NCBI GenBank assembly: GCA_030704615.1
Contig: CM060733.1
Location: forward strand, 76,570,001-76,634,000
DNA length: 64,000 nucleotides
Direction: 5' to 3'
Source of the DNA: Takakia lepidozioides
Lineage: Eukaryota > Plantae > Bryophyta
The translations under genes were made by a program, and so were the position numbers. Each line of letters opens with the position of its first letter. Position 1 is the first letter of the stretch. This document shows, one piece after another, positions 12,289 to 23,004 of this stretch. Below the pieces are notes generated by a model. The model was not told the origin of the DNA. It saw only the letters and a list, made by a program, of their open reading frames with translations, and searched no databases.

Positions 12289-15200
12289 TCATAAGACGTT
12301 GTTTGCCGTAGCCTTGTGGCCATTGACCCCGCGCCCAATTTGAGCGGGAACAAAAGGGACAGAACCTACCTCTGTCAGGGGCTGACGTTGGTAGTAAGAC
12401 TTACCTCCATATAAAGAATTAATCCGGGTTTTCCAGATATCCTCTAGAAATCCCTTCACACAAGCATCAATCTGCTGTGTGTGACTTGCCCAAAAACTAG
12501 ACCTCAGGAGGGCTTGGGCTTTTGGCTCAGCCTCGAGACTTTCAAAGTTGGTAAACAGGGGTACAGGCACAATTCCCTTAATAGATTTGAAGAGAGCGTC
12601 TCTTTGGTGAGAGAACCCCGGACAGTGTATCAGAAAATGAATACTGTCTTCAGATTGCCCACACAACGGGCAATTGCACTCTCCCTTTCCTCTCTGCTTC
12701 AGTTTGTTGTTCAAAGGTAGGCTTCCTGTCCTGAGTTTAAATTGCAGTCTAGTGCCGAGAGTGGGTAGACCCTTGAGGTCATCCAAGATGTCCTCCCCCA
12801 TGTCACAGACTGGAAACAAGTTCAGGGAAGTTTTCTGCCTAACTTCATTTTCATCAGACAATCTCATGGCAACAGACATGGCTGAGGACACTACAGCCTC
12901 TAAGTCAGATTTATCCAGCAGGGTCAAGACTTGCGGATCCAGGTCCAGGTCCTTGAGGATCTCTTCTACTCTCTTCTGCCAGGACTTAGCCTGTTTGACA
13001 GGGCGGTCCTGTTTCCAAGATATAGAGTCGATTAACTTAGGATATCTGGTGTTGGGCATATGTTGCAGCTGACCCCACCATCTGACCTAGAATTCATCTC
13101 GTCGGGAGCTTAAGGACGGAATGCCAAACTCACCCCGAACAGCCACATTGGCTGTTTTGGAGCATGCTGACATACACTCCTTAAGCACCCCCACTTGAAT
13201 GGATTCTAGAGACTTAGCCTGGTTGGAGTTATCAACCCATATAGCAGATCCGTACTCCAAGGCAGGTCTAATAATGCGACAAAGCATGGTTTTCTTAACC
13301 TCAGAGTTGACCCCTCTGCAGTGGAAAAATTTAGTGAGCCCCAGAGCTTTGCCCTTGCCAGTTTGAACAACTTTCCGGATATGTGCATCCCAATTACAAT
13401 TGGAGGAGAACTCAACGCCCAGGTAAGTGTAGGAAGGGAGGACCGGGATCTCTTAGCTACCCCACTGCCACTTAAGATCACTTCCTCCCTCTCCTCTGTC
13501 GTTGAATGCTACCACTGCACATTTGCTGACATTAGCCTCTAGCCCCCAAAGATCAAAGTATCTCTTCGCGCAATCAATCAACTCCTGGAGATTGGTTGGA
13601 GTCTCCCCTATGCCTGCGAAGTCATCCGCAAACATAAGGGCTGGTATGGTGGTATCACCCACCCTTAACCCAAATCCCTCACTTTCCACATCCTCGAGGA
13701 GTTGATTGATGAAAACATTGAAGAGCAGAGGGGAGAGAGTACATCCTTGAGCTACACCTTGGTCTATGTCAAAGAAGTTGGACTTCTGTCCGTTAACAGG
13801 GACACAGCTTTTGGTGTGAGCATACAAGTTGTGGACAACTCTCCACATCTTTCCCTTGATCCCACAAGACCAGAGGCGGAACCATAGGCCATCTCTCCAC
13901 ACTGTGTCATAAGCCTTTTTGACATCCAGGAAAAAAACTTAAGTGGGTTTCCCTTCTTTTTTCCTTCCCTGGATAATCTGGCTTAGAGTGAAGATATGAT
14001 CCACACAGCCCCTGTTTCGCCGAAAGCCAGCTTGGCCTTCGTGGAAACAACCTCTAGACTCCAGATCAACCTCGAGACGAGTACTTATAACTCTGCAGAA
14101 TGTCTTGCCAACAGCATTGAGGAGCGTGATGCCACGTAGTTCCCCGGTTCTTCTCTGTCACCCTTCTTGTATAGATTGACAATGACCCCCTGTCGCCAGC
14201 GAAAGGGGATCATTTCAGTCTTCCAGATAAGGTTAAAGAGGAGAACTAGGGCCTCTATCATGGGATCGCCACCGTGCTTAATAAGCTCGTTGACAATACC
14301 ATCAGGTCCACCAGCTTTATATCCATTTAAATGTTCAATTGCTTCCACAATCTCAGAAGAACTAATGGGAGCATTATAAGCCATTGAAATATACTCCAGT
14401 TCATCAGGGCTGTTTTGAATCATAGGAACGGTCCAACTTTGTCCCCATTCAGCAGAAGACCCCTCACTGTTAGACCTAGAAGTTCTGCCAAGGATACTGT
14501 AGTGAGTTTCAAAGGTTTTGACAATGTCAACCGATGAAGTCACCACGACACCTTTAGTAGTCTTCAGCGCTTGTACTTGCTGACCGTTTTTCGGCTTGTA
14601 CAAACGTTGAAGGGCCAACCAGAATTTCTTGTCATTACCACCATGGTGGTTTGAGTTTATTTCACTGTATAACTTGTCCCAGTATAATTTCTTCTGAGAC
14701 CTAACAAGCTGATTGATATCTTTACGGAGCTGGTAGTACCTCGCCCACAATTCTCTGTTGGTTTCCAAATTGCAGCACTCTTTATAGAGGGCTCGTCTCT
14801 CAGCTATCTTGAGTTTGATCTCATTGGTCCACCAATTAACTGCTCTACCGCAGACAATTAGTTTCCTCCCAATGATCTTGTCAGCCACGGAGGAAACGAA
14901 ACTCTCCCAAGAGTCCACTGCTCTTTCGACTTCATTTCTTGCGTTAACAGAGCGTGACTGAAGTTCTTGGAGCGATTGGACAAAATGAGGGAGAGCCTTT
15001 TGCAAGGCCTGGACGTACTCAGCCTTGACCTCCTCATTGTGGAATTCTTCTATGCGCTTCCGAATCGAACGTTTCACAGATCTCTTGGTGGTGGGAAAAC
15101 ACCTTTTGATCTCAGTCCAAACCAGGAAGTGGTCAGAGGTACCAATATCAGTTTTGTTGATCAACACATTGGCACACTGGGGGAACAAAATTTTGTCCAT

Positions 15201-16545
15201 TATGATATAGTCCACAATGGAACGTTCCCCAGTTTGGGATTTCTCACGAGTCCATTGCACTTGGTCACCACTTGTCCTGTTATTCAAGGTCAAAAGCTGA
15301 AGCTCTTCTAGACAGTTAATTAACCGTCTGCCATTAGAATTCAGCTCGTCCTCACCAAAAGGTCCAATGATATCGTCCTGATGGATCCCTTTGCAACCCG
15401 GGCATTGAAGTCCCCCAATAGTACCACCTGACCTTTGGCAAGGAACAAAGACAAAGAATCCGACCCCTTTTTGACCGCGTTTGGCAGAGGCTGCCTTGAG
15501 AGTACACATCTTACCTGCCCATTTATAACCAATGACATCTCCAACCAGTTTATTCGACGTTTCCCATGTTTCTTGCCCAGCACAGATATGAATATCATTA
15601 GTCCGAAGAACTTGTCCCACTTCAAGTTGTTTCCTTTGGTTGGTCAACCCTGAGAAGTTGAAAGTGGCCAGCCGCAAGCCAGCCCTTTGCGTGTGAATTG
15701 TTTGTCGTCTAGGTAGCTTGTGATTGCTCCTGGACGGCCAACCGTTCTGCAAAGGGTTGACAGTTACCCCATGTGTAGATTTTGCTCGTCTTGTGTAAAC
15801 TTTGAGAATTGGTAAACCATTCAGGGTACCAAATCTTTCAGTTACAGGACGCACAGGCTCCGCACACATAGGGGCAGATTGTCCGTCAGACTGCTTGGGG
15901 ACAATTACCCCGTGTATAGATTTTGCTCGTCTTGTAGACTTTGAGGATTGGTAAACCATTTAGAGTACCAAATCCTTCAGTTACACGACGTTCAGGCTCT
16001 GCACACTTAGGGACAGACTGTCCATCTGACGGCTTGGAGACAATTACCCCGTGTATAGAATTTGTTCGTCTTGTGTAAACCTTGAGGATTGGTAAGCCAT
16101 TCAGAGTACCAAATCCTTCAGATTCAGGACGTTCAGGTTCCGTACACTTAGGGGCATCTTGTCTTTCTGGCTGTTTGGATTCAACCTCATCCAGAGCATC
16201 AAACCGATTAGAAACTCTCAAGTTGAAGTTGTTGCCCTTGGTTGTCTTCCTAGAGCGCCCGTTTGAATCACCAATGTCTAAGACCGTTCTCCAGCCAGTC
16301 AAAGGGACGAAACTTCTTTGAGATTGAATTGATGCGGGACTCTATTAGAAGCACTTTTGGTCATTGCAACCTTCAACGTACCCCTGTTATCAAGTCTCGA
16401 GATGGTACCATTAGCCATGAAATCCAAGCCTAAGCTAGAGCATGTAGTTTTAAAGGACACATCGTCCATCCTGGGATTCACCCCAAAAACTACACATGAA
16501 GCCCTAGATTTGGCATAAGTAACCAATTCCCAGGGATCACCCTGA
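12289..16545 (-). mobile_element. Non-LTR retrotransposon (LINE, RTE/RTE-X-like), degraded: APE endonuclease, reverse transcriptase and C-terminal CCHC
   Basis: APE motifs ATFNFSGL, QETW, LLGDFNAR, VDYII and SDHFLV. RT motifs GPDGI, QAGFR, LDVKKAYDTV, GVAQGCTLSPLLF and FADD. CPLC..EDSIHFLIHC near the C-terminus. Several frameshifts and stops. Confidence 0.9.
15760..16160 (-). repeat. Three ~141-bp (47-aa) tandem repeats just upstream of the LINE endonuclease
   Basis: Unit KCTEPERPESEGFGTLNGLPILKVYTRRTNSIHGVIVSKPSDGQSVP. The middle copy has a 2-bp deletion. Confidence 0.85.
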
Positions 16546-18334
16546 GGCATACATGTCCAGGAGGGTATTGTTCAGAATGACATCTAGTACAATCCCAGCT
16601 TTGATGATGTCACCATGGACCTTCCTACCCTTTTCCAGGGTTGCCAGGCCCGCACACGCATTGCAAACACAAACAAATGTGACCCGGTTGGGCTTCACAC
16701 CTTCCTGCATCATTTGCTCATAAGTCTCCAAAGCCTCCATCCCACACCCATGCTGCACATATCCTGCAATCATCGAACTCCATGACACTACATCTCGTTC
16801 AGCCATATTGTCAAACTCTCCCTTTGCACCTCTGATGTTGCTGCATTTGGCATACATGTCCACAAGGGTATTGTTCAGAATCAGATCTGGTACGATTCCA
16901 GCTTTGATGATGTCTTCATGGACCTCTTTGCCTTTTTCCAGTGCTGACAGGCTCGCGCATGCATTGCAAATGCAAGTGAATGTGACCCGGTTGGGCTTCA
17001 CCCCTTCCTGCATCATTTGCTCATAGGTCTCCAAACCCTCCAGCTCATATCCATGCTGGGCATATCCTGCAATCATTATATTCCAGGACACTACATCCCG
17101 TTCAGCCATATTCTCGAACACTCCCTTTGCATCTCCACATTTGGCATACATGTCCATGAGGGCAGTGTTCAGAATGACATCTGATACAATTCCAGCTTTG
17201 ATAATCTCACCATGGACCTCTTTGCCCTTTTCCAGGGCTGCCAGGCTCACACATGCATTGCAAATACAAACAAATGTGGCCCGGTTGGGCTTCACCCTTC
17301 CTGCATCATTTGCTCATAGGTCTCCAAAGCCTCCATGCCACACCCATGCTGCACATATCCTGCAATCATCGCATTCCAGGACACCACGTCTCATTCGGTC
17401 ATATTTTTGAACGTTCCTTTGCATCTTCGATGCTGCCACATTGGGCATACATGTCCACGAGGGTAGTGTTCAGAATGACATCTGGTACAAGTCCAGCTTT
17501 GATTACATCACCATGGACCTCTTTGCCCTTTTCCAGGGCTGCCAGGCTCACACACGCATTGCAGACACACACAAATGTGATCCGGTTGGGCTTCACTCCT
17601 TCCTGCATCATTTGCTCATAGGTCTCCAAAGCCTCTATGCCACACCCATGCCTGACATATCCTGCGATTATTGCATTCCAGGACACCACATCCTGTGCAG
17701 CCATATTGTCGAACACCCCCTTTGCATCTTTGATGCTGCCGCATTTGTCATACATTCCCATGAGGGTTTTGTTCAGAATGACACCTGGTACAATTCCAGC
17801 TTTGATGATGTCACCATGGATCTCTTTGCCATTTTCCAGGGCTGCCAGGCTTGCACATGCATTGCAAACGCAAACGAATGTGACCCGGTTGGGCGTCACC
17901 CCTTCCTGCATCATTTGCTCATATGTCTCCAAGGCATTCTTACCACACCCATACTTGGTAAATCCTACCATCATTGTATTCCATGTGAACAAACCTCGTT
18001 CAGGCATTTTGTTGAACACTTGGTGTGCAGCCATGATGCTCCCGCATTAAACATACATGTTCACAAGGGTGTTCTGTAGAAAAACATTTGGTTTGAATCC
18101 ACTTTGGGTAATGTGAGAGTGCACCTGCTTTCCCATTTCCAGGCCTTTCATCTTGACGCACGCATGCAAGAGACAGACACAAGTATCTGTACCTGCTGAA
18201 ATGCTTCCTTGGTTCAAAATTTGAAGAGCCTCTTTCAGTTTCCCTGCCTCACATAGTGTCCTCATATACCCGGAATTTCCAGAAGAGGTCCTGTGGACTC
18301 CCTCTCTTGGTCCTCTTTTGGAGGTTGTGGTCAT
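16546..18334 (-). pseudogene. PLS-class PPR pseudogene copy A (~5 near-identical P-L-S triplets), truncated by the LINE
   Basis: ATG at 18334 (MTTTSKRGPREGVH...), TAA at 18049-47 and frameshifts near 17400 and 17295. The ~303-bp triplets read [74 protein letters not shown]. Confidence 0.92.
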
Positions 18335-19472
18335 TGTGAGAGTGCCTGATTTTATCAATTGTGCCCCTGCTGCTGCTTGCAGTTGACCATCTAATCATGC
18401 AGGTTTCTTGTAGCTATCAATAAGACGACCTCCCAAAACCAAGAAGACCCTCCCAAGTACCTTGTAAACACCAAGAAAAACCCTTGCGCAATGCAATTTC
18501 ATGGCCTGTTTAGGAACAACAACCTATGATACAGACAGGGACAGCCACTTTTGCAGAACAGAAAACCTTCTTCACATCATGTAAGAAGAAAGAGAGGCGT
18601 CCTAGGGGTAAACCCTCTAAACCTTGATATGTAGGTTGTCCCACCATTGTGAAGGATAAATATGCTCACCTTTTTCCCTGGGATTCTCACTGGAGAACGC
18701 TCTCCTGGATGCGCCGTTTGAAGAAATGCCCTCCGCACAGTCGAGCTCTGCCAAACCTATCTAAACCTATTCTAAATGCCAGGCCTTATCAACCTATGTA
18801 GCCATTGCGCTCGCGCTCTCTCTCTCTCTCCTTTGAACATTAAACAGAAGCAGGGAGGAAAAGGGTCAGTCTCGACGAAGTACCGTTCAAGAAGTTATTT
18901 TCGGATTTTTCGGGCAATCCGGGCAGATAGAAAGAAATTGACGACGTACGAAACGTGGCGACGACAGGTGGCTACGACACGTGGCAACGATGATGTGGCA
19001 CTATGGCACCCTATTCCTGCTCTATGCTAAACTAGCTCTCGACCTTCGGTTGTCGCTAGAATCTAAGGTGGACCCCACATACCCCATCTAAAAGTAAGAT
19101 CCGGACCTGACCTGCTACATTGGCCTGCCGGTAGGGGTTAACGGGTTCTGGACCCGGCAGGCGGGTCCGGGTGCAGGTAACCTGGATCCTAACCCACCCG
19201 CCTTCAAAACCCAGATCCGCACAACACTGGTTCACACATTCCCATCGTCAAGCTTTTCACTTGGATCACCAATTTGAGGTCTTTCTTTTAAAAAGGAACG
19301 AGAATGGTCATACTTTTGTGCCAACAGTTATACCAAATTTTTTAGTATAATAGAAATATGCAATGAGTTAAAATAATTTATAAATTGTATAAAGCTAACA
19401 AAGGGCTTCCTCCCCTTTTCCTCTAAAAGAAAACAAATTTCATTGTAAGAGATACCAAAAAGTAATAGCTAA

Positions 19473-20212
19473 CCCCTAAAGGACGAAGCGAGGGGTCCAC
19501 CTCCCCTAGATGTGAGTGGATGGAGGTGGGCCCCAAGATAAAGTGAAGGGGTTAGGGAGAAGCACACGTGTGAATTTAAAGCGCATCAAAATATTAAAAT
19601 TTCTGTTCCCTAGATTTTTTTTAAAGTCCAAATTAGGCGTTGACTTGTCTACGTGGCAGGCTAAATGAGGAATCTTGCAAACAACATCTAGGGCTCAGAT
19701 TTTATCAAAATTCCAAATTTTTTTGACAATGCACTTGGTAATGTTAGTGTGCACTTACTTACCACAGGAGTTAGAAAAAAAATATCATGTCATGGCTCTA
19801 CTTGGGTAAGAGGCCAATCCATATAATTTACCCCTAGATTTCACATACAAAGCACCCCCACTTTATTTTTGGCAGATTCACCTGATTTTTGGTGTGAGGG
19901 TTTGGGATGTAGCACTACACTAGAATATGACACTTTTTTTCCCAGAAATTTTTTGCAACATTGATTTTTTTCTTGGTCAAAAATCAAGTTTTGGTTTTTG
20001 TTTTTCATTTTCCAAAAAATGCACCATTTTCAATTGTTATAATCTCCCAAACAAAATGGTGGAATCTCAAAAAATTTGGGGTGCATGTGCATCTGGTAGG
20101 TAGGTATGACTTTGTACAGTTCATCCATGTGGATGAAGGGGGGTTAGGGAGCCAGAGGCTTACATGTGAAGTTTTGTCCCAAAATCCAAAAAGAGGTCTC
20201 ATCCTTTAAGGG
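19473..20212. mobile_element. piggyBac-like non-autonomous element
   Basis: Ends CCCCTAAAGGACGA and (reverse complement) CCCTTAAAGGATGA match at 12/14. An identical CTAA 4-mer flanks both sides (19469-72, 20213-16). Confidence 0.55.
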
Positions 20213-21194
20213 CTAAACATTGTGTTAGAGTGCTATTACCTAAACTATCATTTTAGTGATATACAACTTGTGCCCATACTTTGCTAAAAACTCATTGTAA
20301 GCAAAATAAGCAAAATTACAGAAAAGAAAAATTAAAAACAGAGGTGGTGAGAACAATCCTACTTAAAAATGCATTGTTACCCCTGAGTAGTTTGTGGTGG
20401 GAAGGTTGAGACATGGTCACGGTATGCCCAATTTGCTTTTCTAATGAGGAATCATGTGCCTCCGGTTTCTCCAGCAAAGCTTCTTCTTACATCTATTTTT
20501 TACCAACAAAACTCTCCATTTTTAAAAACATTGTGAGCTTGTTGCCAACTTGGCTTGGACTTTGATTTTTATTCATTCTATGGTATTTGGCAGCATTTTG
20601 CTCACACTTTTCCTTTGCTTTCATTGCTCAATAATATTCAGCCGGGTCAGTCTTTAGCTGCATGCTCTAAGATACCAATTTTCTGCAACTGGCATCCCCT
20701 GTGTTACTGGACAGTCATTTGTCGTTATTGACCATATGAACTACATCCTGTTTCAATATTTCATCTGTACATATGGATGAAATATTCCATGTACACCTGT
20801 CTTGAACTAATTCGTTTGCCAATCTGTAATATCGGTACAATATTCGAGAACCTTTTGCAGCGTCCCGGGCAGGCTGGGGCAGGCCGATAAAAAAAAGTAA
20901 AAATCAGTAGCTCAGATGGTTAAGTGCACTGAGTGCCACCCAGATGATTCTGGGGTCAAATTTTGCTACTGACGGGTGTTGGTATGGTTCCTGGGCGGTG
21001 TCCCACTCATTCGCCTCCATGGCGCATAAATGAAAGAGGTTATTTTCTCCTCTCACTACTCAGGGGCCTGATTTGTGAGCTGTCGCTCCCAGGTGTTTCC
21101 CTTTAAAAATAAATAAAAATAAAAATAAAAATTGGGCCGAGCAGAACGGGATTTGTGCACCTGAACCATGCCAACTGTCTGGCATCCAGGTGAA

Positions 21195-21480
21195 TTCATC
21201 CATCCATCCATCTTTCCAGTCCACCGACCTCCATCCATCCAGTCGAACGTCGTCCATCCTTTGTTCGTCCATTCCACTCACCCTCAGCCATCCATTCAAA
21301 CGTCGTCCATCCTTTGTTCGTCTCTTCCACTCACCTCTATCCATCCGTGAAACGTCGTCCATCCTTTGTTCGTCTCTTCCACTCACCTCCATCCATCCAG
21401 TTAAACGTCGTCCATCCTTTGTTCGTTTCGTCCACTCACCTCTATCCATCCAGTCCAACGTCTCCATCCTTTGTTTCTCG
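21195..21480. repeat. ~55-60-bp tandem repeat (~5 copies), TCCA-rich
   Basis: Repeated aacgtcgtccatcctttgttcgt...ccactcacc(tc)...ccatcc. Confidence 0.85.
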
Positions 21481-22728
21481 TTTTCATTCTACAGAGTTCG
21501 TCGTTGGTGCTTTCACTACTTTACGAGGATATCATTATTCTCATATATAATTTCCAGCTAATCAAAAAGCCTGCTACCCAAAAAAACAAAGCTTGATGTA
21601 TTTTATGGTGAAATGAAATATGCGATGAGCTGGCAGGTGCCAAAAATTACGGGATTAGTTAAACGAAAAGTGAAGACCTAGATTTACTTTTGTCACCGTT
21701 GGTACCCCTTGTGCGGGGTAGGCTCCTTCCTGGCTCGCGAGAGAGAAGACCCTGTCTGCCTCGCTCGCTCGCTCTCCGTGTATGGACTGCGCCTGGGATG
21801 GACGCGCTGTGCATCTACAACCGTTCCGCGCTGTTTCGGAGGGCTTCATTCCACGCGCCAACACTTTGATTTGCTTTTCTCCGTGGTCTGATGTTTCGGA
21901 ATGCTGTAGCGATCTCTGTCTGTTGCTCTGTGAAATGTCTGGAAGATCTGCGTGGTTACGTCTCAATGGAAAGTGATGATGATTGTCTTAATCAGTGCGC
22001 GTCTGCTTGACATGATATTCCTGAAGGGAACTACATTCGTACTCGGAGGTTGTGTATAAAGTATCAGGATCGCAATTGCGAGCGAATCGTTTGGCGAGTT
22101 GTCGTGGATGGGAGAAAGTTGACAGACAGGCGGGAGTTGTTGGAACAGGATGAGATGTCTGTATGCGGAGCTGCAGACTAAATTCCACACTGCACCCCTA
22201 TTCCTCGTATCTCCTACTGAAGCGAACATACTCTGCCTCTCAAGCTTAAGTTGCTGAGGAACTGATAATACTTGCACAGATAGTCTCCGCGGAAAACATG
22301 TCCCAAGCCACCTAGTGGATTTTGCTTGCTCATTCTGTCGAATTTGAAGAGGATTAAGAAATAGAATCATTTGACCCGCTTCCCGCTCATTCCAGTGGCT
22401 GAGGGACATAAGCCGGTATTCCATCGAGCGACAAGCAACTCTCCGAGTTAACAGCATCAGACTTCATAACGGCTCAGCATATACTTATCGATTGATGTGA
22501 CGGCTCCTGGCTGCAGCAATGCACAATATGATGTTGTTTCAAGAGCTTCATTCTTCAGGATTTCTCCTGATCCGCTACTAGATGAGTTACCGTCCTTTCG
22601 CATTGGGCCACTTTGCGTAAGAGAACTACTTTCGCATTCATCCAGCCAAGGAAGACGAGTACTTAGCCGCAGAGTCTTAAGCACCTTAGTGAAACGTTCA
22701 TAAGAATTGAGTTGGCGGCAACCTAACA

Positions 22729-22907
22729 ATGGCACCATCTGCCACAGCAATGTCGAGTATAAAACATGGAACATCGACTGGCGCTGACATCAATGTCCTT
22801 GGGACTCCTTTTCCTCCATTGAAAGTGGAGTTTTCAGGTGAATAAAATTGAGTTTCTATTTATTTATTGATCGTCACCTGCAGATAGAATGCCTCTAGTC
22901 AACCAAC

Positions 22908-23004
<97 letters not shown>

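Larger units (their letters stand above)
8621..19229. mobile_element. 10.6-kb non-autonomous hAT element (Pack-hAT) carrying PPR gene cargo and a nested LINE
   Basis: 11-bp perfect TIR CAGTGTTGTGC (8621) / GCACAACACTG (19229). Perfect 8-bp TSD GTTCACAC at 8613-8620 and 19230-19237. CCGGGT/ACCCGG subterminal motifs at both ends. No transposase inside. Confidence 0.9.

Noticed and set aside
16808-18079. Plus-strand ORFs over the PPR repeats
   Set aside because: Antisense shadows of the minus-strand PPR coding sequence.
16546-18334. Functional PPR gene, or stops repaired by U-to-C editing
   Set aside because: Nuclear locus with frameshifts as well as a stop, and truncated by the LINE.
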